Positions 40,931 to 50,003 of a stretch of DNA of 64,000 nt are shown here, piece after piece. Numbering within the stretch: the stretch's first letter is position 1; each line of letters begins with the position of its first letter. The translations under genes were made by a program, and so were the position numbers. This DNA is from Thermoproteota archaeon. Its GTDB lineage: Archaea > Thermoproteota > Thermoprotei > Gearchaeales > Gearchaeaceae. The notes beneath the pieces were generated by a model. That model worked only from the letters and a program-made list of their open reading frames with translations. It was not told where the DNA came from and searched no databases. The DNA is taken from NCBI GenBank assembly GCA_032249235.1, contig JAVVGF010000003.1, positions 150,691-214,690 on the forward strand, written 5' to 3'.

Positions 40931-42397
40931 ATGATGTTAAATAAAAAGAATACAAGAAAGAAAACTATATATATAAGTATTCCAATTATTGCTCTGATTT
41001 TATTAGTATGGATAGTAGTACCCCAATATTTTACAAATGATAGGAATAATCTTTCAAATGATACAGAAGTTAATTTGCCATCATTAAACCTTCATCTTGT
41101 TTTTTATAGGTATGGTAATGTATCTTCGAACATTTTGGCATGGCTTTCTATGATAGGTGTTAATACTATTGATTTATCAAAAGCTACTCTTAAAGAAAAT
41201 TCAGTTGTAATAATGGATGCTTCATCAATTTCAAAAGGATTACCGAACAATCTTGGCTTATTATTTTCAAAGTTCCAAAACGTTAAGAAAACGCTCATAA
41301 TAGTTATACAAAATAGAGCTTCAAAGGAAGATAAATTTTACGCTCAGGCTACAGTACTTAAGATACTTGGTTCGAAGAATATAGTTCCTTTACTTCCATT
41401 AGATCCAGAAGGAGAGAAAATAGTATGTAGTGCGAGCGGAAAATGTTATCAACCAATACATCCAGCGGTCTATAATGCAGATGCGATAGCCTTTTCTACT
41501 ACACCAAATTTGTTCGTAGTAATAGAGAAATTAAACAAGGTTAATTTCGCTGATGTATTTGTAAAATTGTTGGAATGGTCAAATGTGGTTAGCGCTAAGG
41601 ATATGGCTCCGTATTTTGTAGGACATAAAAGTATAACTTATGGTCCTACAAACATGAATTACATCGGATCTATAGGTTGGATCTCTTCTAATACCTATGG
41701 CCAAGTTTGTAATGAAATTACAGGAATAGAAGAAGTAAAAGTAGATTATTGGCATAGAACCTTTACTGCTGCAAACAGTATAACCTATGACATATTCTAT
41801 GCATATACTCAACATTCCGCTAAAGGATACATAACTTCCTGTAACGGTAATACAATTTATCATTACCCTAAGAGATTTAGAACAACAACTGATTGGCAAA
41901 CTTCAATCTATCCAGGGCAAGTCGTTGATACTTGGGGACCAAAGAATGTTGTAACATCTATAACGATAACTTATTCACTAACTGCAGGAATTACAGCAGG
42001 CGTTTCTTCTTCTGGAGTAACAGTAGAAATATCTTCACAAGCAGGTTATTCAGTCACAATACCTTCGGGTCCTTCATTTACTACAATTGATTATTCAGAT
42101 CCTGCAAGCGGATTAATTGATACAGGAACAGTTGTGAATGAAGGAAGCTTCGTTGCCGACAATCTAAGTAACATATTGTTTACCACAGAACCCAGCTCTT
42201 TCGCTTACCTAGATCCAACAAAACCAGGAGGGTTTGAACCAATGATAGTAAATCAATATTTTTGGGTTGAAATAGTTAATACAACTGATCCTAACAGTAT
42301 AGGTAATGAAAATGGAGTCGTAGATACAGCATCAATAAGTTTTTCTGTTTCTCTATATTCTGATAAGGTTTCAGCTAATAACCCTACACCGCACTAG
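40931..42397 (+). CDS. Membrane-anchored secreted protein with a beta-rich C-terminal domain resembling hemolysin/leukocidin pore formers
   Basis: Basic N-terminus plus one TM; DTWGPKN followed by an alternating S/T/G-hydrophobic hairpin and PSFTTIDYS. Confidence 0.55.
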   Translation: MMLNKKNTRKKTIYISIPIIALILLVWIVVPQYFTNDRNNLSNDTEVNLPSLNLHLVFYRYGNVSSNILAWLSMIGVNTIDLSKATLKENSVVIMDASSISKGLPNNLGLLFSKFQNVKKTLIIVIQNRASKEDKFYAQATVLKILGSKNIVPLLPLDPEGEKIVCSASGKCYQPIHPAVYNADAIAFSTTPNLFVVIEKLNKVNFADVFVKLLEWSNVVSAKDMAPYFVGHKSITYGPTNMNYIGSIGWISSNTYGQVCNEITGIEEVKVDYWHRTFTAANSITYDIFYAYTQHSAKGYITSCNGNTIYHYPKRFRTTTDWQTSIYPGQVVDTWGPKNVVTSITITYSLTAGITAGVSSSGVTVEISSQAGYSVTIPSGPSFTTIDYSDPASGLIDTGTVVNEGSFVADNLSNILFTTEPSSFAYLDPTKPGGFEPMIVNQYFWVEIVNTTDPNSIGNENGVVDTASISFSVSLYSDKVSANNPTPH

Positions 42398-43138
42398 TAT
42401 TCCAACTAATTAATATTAAAATTAGGATGAAAATATTAAAGAACCCAAGGAATTCTAGCATACGCTTAGTATTATATCTATATTCGAGGAAAGGAGGAAT
42501 TTTATCAATTATTATCTTTACTCCAAAAGAAAGTTATACTAGGAAAGGAATACGTTTTCTAAAAACAAGTATAACACTAGCCAAAGAAATAGAAGAGCTA
42601 ACACTAAAATACATTTAAGTAGATGATTGCTACAGCTATGCTTATAATAATAGGATAGCTTCTCCATAATCAGAATTATTCGTGGATAGATTCCTACATG
42701 CAAACCCTTTCTAACCATAACTGGCAAATACTTTGCAATAATTATCATTATGGAAATGGCGATTGCAGCCTCCAATTTGTTAGGAAGAAATTCGATTCCA
42801 GTTTTGAACCAGGTTTCAATACTACCATACATGGTAAAGTTGTACAGGCTGTAATAGCAGTTCCCTTTGCTAGTCATTAAGTTTAGTATCAATACATGAA
42901 ACGTAAAATAAGTATAACTGAATTATACAAAGAAATCAAAAATGATGCTAAAATTAAAATGGATAATTCACCGAAGTGATAGAATGCAATAACTTCTTGT
43001 GGCGAATAACAGTAGGACAAAATTGAAGACAAATTCGAAATAAGCTAAAAATTATAAAGAATTAAAGCTAAAATGAAATTAACTAATGTAAATTCTTAGG
43101 GTTTAAATCTAAAAAAATTGAGATAATTTTATCTGAAT

Positions 43139-44218
43139 TCATTTTAAGGTTTTAAGAGTTAACCTCGCCCTAAGATAAATCGCTAGATTAACAAATGTTA
43201 GGAACAATATAATTCCTTCAATTGAAACTAAAAGATAATATACTGGACCAAGATCATATAAAGGAATAGGAATTCCTGGCCTAGGTTCTCTAATTTCGAT
43301 TGCAAAAATGCCTGGAAAGAAACCTAAATATAATAGCATAATAACTATGTTGAATAAAACTATCATTCTTATAGGAGAATAAGACTTTTTCATGTAAAAG
43401 TATAAAAGAAACCATATGATTAGAAATAAGAAATTATACATTACATTCATTACGATGGAGAGAGAAAATATTTCTAAAATTAATAATGGATTTGATAATA
43501 ATAAACCAAAACATAAAAATGATATATCCCAAAGGGCTATTATTACAATTAAGATATATGATATAAGAGATTCTTTAAAGAAATAAATTAAAAATAAAAA
43601 TAAGAAGTTTACAAATGGAATAAATAAAAATAGAAAACTCACATATAAATTTATAAAAATAAAAGGAGAGAAATAAGAATCTGAAACTAAAGGTGTTCTC
43701 GGTTTATTAATAACAATAAATAACATAGCAATAAATAAAATAATTAAAAAGAAAAAAGAATTTAATAAAATAAAATTGTGTTTATTGAAACTATTTTTAA
43801 ATATAATTCTGGCAAATAATATAAAAGTTAAAAGAATAGCAATTACGAATATAATTGAGTTAATATATAATGATAAAAATTGATCTGGAAAATTCAATCT
43901 ATAAATATTTTCTATACTTAAAATAAAGTAAGTCGAAATTAAAGAAAGAAAAATTATTAATGAAATTGAAAAATATAATTTTATTTTATTGTTTCTAATA
44001 GTAATGTAAGACAAATTCAATAGAGAAAAGAAGGGCCAAACTAAATAAACATATAATACTTCATCAAATTGCCATAATATTTCAAAATATTTAAAGATAT
44101 CAGCATGACCAAAACTCCAAATAGACCATAAAAATAATGAATAGAAAAATAATACAAAATAAAAGTAGATTATGAAACAGTTAACATCCTTGTCTTGAAG
44201 AAGATTTATATTGCTCAT
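43139..44218 (-). CDS. Polytopic membrane protein, paralog A
   Basis: About 10 TM, extremely AT-rich; first 177 codons match 44381..45433. Confidence 0.75.
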   Translation of the reverse strand: MSNINLLQDKDVNCFIIYFYFVLFFYSLFLWSIWSFGHADIFKYFEILWQFDEVLYVYLVWPFFSLLNLSYITIRNNKIKLYFSISLIIFLSLISTYFILSIENIYRLNFPDQFLSLYINSIIFVIAILLTFILFARIIFKNSFNKHNFILLNSFFFLIILFIAMLFIVINKPRTPLVSDSYFSPFIFINLYVSFLFLFIPFVNFLFLFLIYFFKESLISYILIVIIALWDISFLCFGLLLSNPLLILEIFSLSIVMNVMYNFLFLIIWFLLYFYMKKSYSPIRMIVLFNIVIMLLYLGFFPGIFAIEIREPRPGIPIPLYDLGPVYYLLVSIEGIILFLTFVNLAIYLRARLTLKTLK

Positions 44219-44331
44219 ACTTTATATTAAAAAATTAAATTTTTTATGGATGAGACCATACTCTTGATTCCCATTCTATTACATAATACATTTTATTTTC
44301 TCCATAAGGATTATCCATCCAAACAAATATG
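43687..44331. repeat. 645-bp direct repeat, copy 1
   Basis: Appears identical by eye to 44902..45546 (offset 1215); includes the protease 3' end, the spacer and the 5' half of the membrane gene. Confidence 0.9.
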
Positions 44332-44380
44332 CAAACTCTACCGTTCAAATCTAAAGAAATCTTAGAAATTTTATCTGAAT

Positions 44381-45433
44381 TCATTTTAAAGCTTTAAGAG
44401 TTAACTTTCCTTTGATATATACCATTAGATTAACGAACAGTAAGAATGATATAATTATGCCAATAAACCTTGAAAGATTGTACACCGAATCAAATTTGTA
44501 TGTAACCGGTGATGGGGGATGAAAGTCAAGAACACCAATTATAGTGTTCATAAGTAAAAATGAGTATAACAGCATTGTAATTATATTGAATAAAATCACA
44601 TTTCGTAAAGGAGAATGAAATCCTTTTTTAAAAAAGTAATAAATCCATATAAATAAGAATAAAAATGTAATAGAACCCATAATGATCTGCGAAATTAAAT
44701 ATAGGCTTGTAAATAATATCATAAAAAATAGTAATAATGCATCATAAAATACCAAACCTGTAATTACAACAAATAATATAGTTTGATATTTAAAGAAGCG
44801 AATTAAAATTAAAAATAAGAAAGTCAAAAATGGAATAAATAAAAAGAGGGCCCCCTCATATAAATTAAAAAGAAAAGAAGGTAAATAGGAATTATCTAAG
44901 TCTAAAGGTGTTCTCGGTTTATTAATAACAATAAATAACATAGCAATAAATAAAATAATTAAAAAGAAAAAAGAATTTAATAAAATAAAATTGTGTTTAT
45001 TGAAACTATTTTTAAATATAATTCTGGCAAATAATATAAAAGTTAAAAGAATAGCAATTACGAATATAATTGAGTTAATATATAATGATAAAAATTGATC
45101 TGGAAAATTCAATCTATAAATATTTTCTATACTTAAAATAAAGTAAGTCGAAATTAAAGAAAGAAAAATTATTAATGAAATTGAAAAATATAATTTTATT
45201 TTATTGTTTCTAATAGTAATGTAAGACAAATTCAATAGAGAAAAGAAGGGCCAAACTAAATAAACATATAATACTTCATCAAATTGCCATAATATTTCAA
45301 AATATTTAAAGATATCAGCATGACCAAAACTCCAAATAGACCATAAAAATAATGAATAGAAAAATAATACAAAATAAAAGTAGATTATGAAACAGTTAAC
45401 ATCCTTGTCTTGAAGAAGATTTATATTGCTCAT
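44381..45433 (-). CDS. Polytopic membrane protein, paralog B
   Basis: About 10 TM; starts 25 bp after the protease stop codon. Confidence 0.75.
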   Translation of the reverse strand: MSNINLLQDKDVNCFIIYFYFVLFFYSLFLWSIWSFGHADIFKYFEILWQFDEVLYVYLVWPFFSLLNLSYITIRNNKIKLYFSISLIIFLSLISTYFILSIENIYRLNFPDQFLSLYINSIIFVIAILLTFILFARIIFKNSFNKHNFILLNSFFFLIILFIAMLFIVINKPRTPLDLDNSYLPSFLFNLYEGALFLFIPFLTFLFLILIRFFKYQTILFVVITGLVFYDALLLFFMILFTSLYLISQIIMGSITFLFLFIWIYYFFKKGFHSPLRNVILFNIITMLLYSFLLMNTIIGVLDFHPPSPVTYKFDSVYNLSRFIGIIISFLLFVNLMVYIKGKLTLKALK

Positions 45434-45546
45434 ACTTTATATTAAAAAATTAAATTTTTTATGGATGAGACCATACTCTTGATTCCCATTCTATTACATA
45501 ATACATTTTATTTTCTCCATAAGGATTATCCATCCAAACAAATATG
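44902..45546. repeat. 645-bp direct repeat, copy 2
   Basis: Same end points CTAAAGGTGTTCTC...AAACAAATATG as copy 1. Confidence 0.9.
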
Positions 45547-47570
45547 AATTCATGTCTTGGAGTATTAGAATTCGGATCTCTGTTCAAGTCAAAAACAGTT
45601 ACCCCAACCCCTTGGGTATGCCAGCCATAGCCACTAATATAAGGATAGAATGGTCCTAATTTTCTTTCCCATGAAGAATATTGACCGTTATAATTGAAAT
45701 TCCAAAGAATTACATATTCAATCCTATTATTTTGTCTAAGGGGCCAAGCCCCATCCCACATATAAGCTATTATTATTTCGGGAATATTATTTTTATCCAA
45801 ATCTGGATTCATTATCACTGAAGCTCCCAAACCTGCTATTTGATCTTGAGCAGTAACAAGCACTTCAGAAGATATCGAACTAAAACTTAAATCAGGATTC
45901 ATATCCCAACCTATTTTGTATTTAATGTAGAAAGGACCATGGATATAGATTGGACCCCATGTTACAAAAACTATATCTAGTCTATTGTTTCTGTTGAAGT
46001 CATATATTGCGATACCTAGATAGTAATTGGGTGGGGCATAAAGGTCAATACTTCTAATGCTACTCCAAGAAGATGCTATTCCATAAATATCCAAATTCCA
46101 GCCTACTCTATAATAGATTTTGTCAGGATAGACCCACCAGTTTCTTTCAAGCCATGCAACAAATAAATCAGGTCTTGGATTGCTATCTAGATTTGTTAAA
46201 GCTATTGCTAAGCCTGGGGTATCATCACCAATAGAATCAGGTATTAATCTTATTGAACTCCAGCTCGAAGCATAACCATCTTGATCCAAATTCCAGCCTA
46301 TTTTGTAATAAATCCAGTTTGGACCTGACGGATTGTCTATCCAAGCTACTATAAGATCTGGTCTGGAATTATAGTCAATGTAGCCAATGGTAGCATCAGA
46401 CTCAGCTGTTTCCCAACCGAACCATATGCTTTCTACATTATAAATTGCAGGATACATCCATCTTGCACCTGCCTTATCGCCCCATTCTATTCGATAACCA
46501 CTATGCATGATCTGTATTATATCTCCGACAAGGTCTGATTTATTATACAGATCGTCTAATGAAATTACATGGCCCAATTCATGTAAAGCTACTCGTTTAA
46601 CAGAAGAATAGGTCCAAGGTTCAGGAAGACTATCGTTGAAAACGATATCTGCATCAAATATTATGCCAGTAAACGGTACAACAAAAAGCCAAGTTCTCGC
46701 TGCGATCTCCATCGGTTTAGACCCAAGACATGGATCCCAATCCTGACTTGGAATAGGATATTGGACATGCTTCCAACTAATGTGACTATGAAAATCTGGA
46801 AAACATATAAAAGGCGACTCTAACCAAGGTTTAGATTCTTCTTCTATTTTAAAAGTAAATCCTATTAAGTTATTCCATTCTCTTACAGCTTCTCTTACAG
46901 CGTCGAATTCGCTCTCCCCTGTCATATCATCCGTCCCTATAACGAAATGAAACTTGTATTTAGCATCTTGAAAGTAAATTGGTTGCCACCAAATTACACG
47001 ATCTCTTAAAATTAGATAGCCGTATGGCTGATCTACCGGCTTATTCGTAGTCATACTCATTACATTATATCCATAATCTATCTTATTTGATAAATTGGTA
47101 TTATTACTAGTTACGATATCAAGTATTAAATTTGCATAAAATTCTGGTGAATTAAGCAAAATAAAGTAAAAATTGTATGTACCATTTATCCAGCGAGAAT
47201 CTATCGGATAACTTATTCTATCAAATAATATTCCATAACTATTTGGGGGATAAACTGTTGAATTAATCTCATAAAATATTGAAATTAATAACGTTGTAGC
47301 CAATGTTGAATTATTAACATTTACAGCCCCCAATTCAAAATCCATATCATCAAATTCCAAAGGAGTATCATATGGATTATTTAAAACAATCTCTAAACAA
47401 ATATCTTCTCCTTCATAATATACCGTTCTATTATCACATGTTCTTAAAGTGAAAACCTGATAGTTCAAGGCTGAAGGATTTGTAGTTTTTACAAAGTTTT
47501 CATTTAATCCTATTATGAAGCTGCTTGTTAGCAACATTACCATAACCTGCAAAGAGTATAACCTCTTCAT
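45459..47570 (-). CDS. Secreted matrixin-like zinc metalloprotease with C-terminal FG-GAP/VCBS-like repeats
   Basis: Signal peptide; AVREWN, DADIVFND, HELGHVISLDD, Met-turn-like QIMH; about five D-x-N-x-x-P-D-L / IGWNLD repeats. Confidence 0.8.
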   Translation of the reverse strand: MKRLYSLQVMVMLLTSSFIIGLNENFVKTTNPSALNYQVFTLRTCDNRTVYYEGEDICLEIVLNNPYDTPLEFDDMDFELGAVNVNNSTLATTLLISIFYEINSTVYPPNSYGILFDRISYPIDSRWINGTYNFYFILLNSPEFYANLILDIVTSNNTNLSNKIDYGYNVMSMTTNKPVDQPYGYLILRDRVIWWQPIYFQDAKYKFHFVIGTDDMTGESEFDAVREAVREWNNLIGFTFKIEEESKPWLESPFICFPDFHSHISWKHVQYPIPSQDWDPCLGSKPMEIAARTWLFVVPFTGIIFDADIVFNDSLPEPWTYSSVKRVALHELGHVISLDDLYNKSDLVGDIIQIMHSGYRIEWGDKAGARWMYPAIYNVESIWFGWETAESDATIGYIDYNSRPDLIVAWIDNPSGPNWIYYKIGWNLDQDGYASSWSSIRLIPDSIGDDTPGLAIALTNLDSNPRPDLFVAWLERNWWVYPDKIYYRVGWNLDIYGIASSWSSIRSIDLYAPPNYYLGIAIYDFNRNNRLDIVFVTWGPIYIHGPFYIKYKIGWDMNPDLSFSSISSEVLVTAQDQIAGLGASVIMNPDLDKNNIPEIIIAYMWDGAWPLRQNNRIEYVILWNFNYNGQYSSWERKLGPFYPYISGYGWHTQGVGVTVFDLNRDPNSNTPRHEFIFVWMDNPYGENKMYYVIEWESRVWSHP

Positions 47571-47788
47571 AAATAAATAAATAAATAGCTATATAAATTT
47601 TTCTTATGAAACATTTTAAAATTGATTCCAACAATTCTCATTTGTCCCTCATTTCTTGAACTTTCTTAACTATTTAATTCGATACCACATAAAATATGTA
47701 ATTTTACTACATGTCGCGGAATTAATGCTATATTTTACAAAGAGAGACTTAGTTATTGCAGATAAAATAGATCCTCTTAAACCTAAAA

Positions 47789-48670
47789 TTAAAATTCTAA
47801 ATTTTCTATAATTCTTTTTAATTCATTTAAAAATAATGCGCCATCATATCCATCAATAAATCTATGGTCAAAAGCAAGCGTGAAAAAAGAGAAATTGTGA
47901 ATAATTAGACCTTCTTGCGTTATCTCCAACTCTTTGAAAATGCTACCTATTGCAAGTATTGCTATTTGCGGATAGTTTATTATTGGGTCAAATTGAATTA
48001 TATTATATGGTCCCAAATTAGTTATAGTAAAAGTTGAGCCAGTTACATCTTCTAAACTTAACTCATTAGCTTCAGCTTTCTTTTGCAAAGTTTCTAATTC
48101 ATCGGAAATATTTATGATATCTTTCTTATCTACATCCTTTATTACAGGAGTAACCAAGCCCTGATTTGTTTGAATAGCGATGGCTATATTTATTCTATTA
48201 TAAATTCTCCATTCACCCTTTACAAACAAAGAATTTAGCTTGCGGCGTCTTTTTAAGGCTTCAGCTACAGCCTTTGTTAAAACAGCAGTCAAAGATATTT
48301 TCTTAGAATATTTTTCCTCAAGATTTTTCCTCAAATTTAAAAGCTTATCCATTTTGACCTTGATTGTAAGTCTTGCAGTAGGTATTTCTGCGTTAGCCTT
48401 ATTCATTTTATCAGCAATTTGCTTTCTAAGCACAGATATTTCTTCTACGTAATATTCTTGCACTTGTTCCAAGTATCTTTTAACATCTTCTACAGTAATT
48501 ATGCCTCTCGGACCCGTTCCCTTTATTTTACTTAAATCTATTCCCTTTTCTCTAGCAAGTCTTCTGGCCATAGGCATTGCTCTAACTATTTCTCCAACTT
48601 CTTTCCTTTCAATTACTTCTTCATGCTTTTCTTCAACTTTAACTTCCTTGTTCTCTATTGCTTTTCTAGC
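47789..48670 (-). pseudogene. 2-oxoacid dehydrogenase E2 acyltransferase lacking its lipoyl domain (5' truncated)
   Basis: AMPMARRLAREKGIDL..GTGPRG binding domain, TFTITNLG, FDHRFIDG. No lipoyl domain, and the annotated N-terminus is low-complexity AT-rich sequence. Confidence 0.75.
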
Positions 48671-48824
48671 TTTATTATACGTATGAAGGAGAATATTAAT
48701 AATATTAAAAAGAGAGAAAAACATAAAACGTTTACTTAAGCTTTTTGATTAAGAAAAGCCTAGAAATTAAAACTCTTGTTTACAGTTCTTTTATCTAGAT
48801 AAAAGCTTCTTAGAACTATTTAAA

Positions 48825-50003
48825 TTAATAAATCTTTTGTGGATTCATATTGAAAAATAATATTTTAACTACTTCAAGAGGTAATTGATCTTTCATTGCT
48901 TTCGATATTGTTCTTGCTTCTATTTCTTTTACGTAATCTTCTGTAAACTTCAAAGGTAAGCTTACTAAATTATCAATCATATCCAATATTAAAGGAAGAC
49001 CTGTAGCAGGATTGAAGAAATCTTTCATAGATACTACTTTCAATAATTCTTCGATGCTCAAGTTTGGATGCTCAATTTCGCACGTAGCTACATCACTATA
49101 AGCTTTAACATGAATTCTAGAAAGTTTTTCAAAATGATCAATATTTAAGCCTAGGCTTTCAAAAGGCTCATAGGCTTTTTCTCTTGCATGTTCAAGGATG
49201 TTATCCTTTATTTCACCCTTTGAGATTAGCGATGCTACTTCATTGTAAATTTGAATTGAATTCCCAATTCCATTCTTTATCAAATCTCTATAATCAAAGA
49301 TTGATTGTTTTGGCATCAAGTGAGTTAAAATCATTCGATCTAGCATCTCAACGTAGCGAGGATCGTTATTTTTTAAGAATATCCATGCCCCAATAACCTT
49401 TGTTCTAGTTCTTTTCACAATAGCCAATACCTTCTTGCTATCGATTAGCTCATTAGTTAAATCGAAAACGTTTCCTAGCAATTCTTTCATTTTATCGCTG
49501 AGCAATCCTTCTTTTTTAAGTCTTAGCAAAGGATATATGAAACCATAAAAGCTACCGTCAATTAAAACATAGTCTACATCATTCAATATTTCTTTAGCGA
49601 TTTTCCTTTCCAAATAGCTTAAAATTAAGCTTAAGCGATAAGAAACTGTTGCATCTGAGAATTTTTGCTTTTCCTTTATTGAATAAGTTTTGAATTTCTC
49701 TTCTCTTTTATTATTCTTTAAAATCAGTGTTCCTGCGCTTAAAACGGCTACTTTCATGCCTAGCCTATTGCTTATGCTCATTGATCTACTACCATCTACT
49801 GCAGCTATCGCTAAATCCTTCTCTAAAAACTCAAATTTATTAATACAAGATTTTAATTCTTCTGGTAAGCTTTTCAGCCTTTCATAGATTTCGATAGCTC
49901 TTTTCAAAATTGAATCTGAATCTTTTTCAGCTCTTTCATAAAACTGAGCTTGTAAATCGAGAGGTAATTGATACCAAGTAACTTCTTCTATTTCAAATGT
50001 CAT
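48825..50003 (-). CDS. NurA-family 5'-3' nuclease
   Basis: AAVDGSR, YLER, VLIDGSF, AIVKRT, GLPLIL. Confidence 0.85.
   Translation of the reverse strand: MTFEIEEVTWYQLPLDLQAQFYERAEKDSDSILKRAIEIYERLKSLPEELKSCINKFEFLEKDLAIAAVDGSRSMSISNRLGMKVAVLSAGTLILKNNKREEKFKTYSIKEKQKFSDATVSYRLSLILSYLERKIAKEILNDVDYVLIDGSFYGFIYPLLRLKKEGLLSDKMKELLGNVFDLTNELIDSKKVLAIVKRTRTKVIGAWIFLKNNDPRYVEMLDRMILTHLMPKQSIFDYRDLIKNGIGNSIQIYNEVASLISKGEIKDNILEHAREKAYEPFESLGLNIDHFEKLSRIHVKAYSDVATCEIEHPNLSIEELLKVVSMKDFFNPATGLPLILDMIDNLVSLPLKFTEDYVKEIEARTISKAMKDQLPLEVVKILFFNMNPQKIY

Noticed and set aside
42427-42892. ORFs 42427-42618, 42539-42892 and 42698-42880 as genes
   Set aside because: Mutually overlapping with no recognisable motifs; at most a decayed membrane-protein remnant
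43139-45546. Diversity-generating retroelement (template/variable repeat pair)
   Set aside because: No reverse transcriptase in the window; differences include indels and all base types and are not adenine-specific
39200-47600. Provirus or integrated plasmid
   Set aside because: No integrase, replication or capsid genes and no att-like flanking repeats were seen
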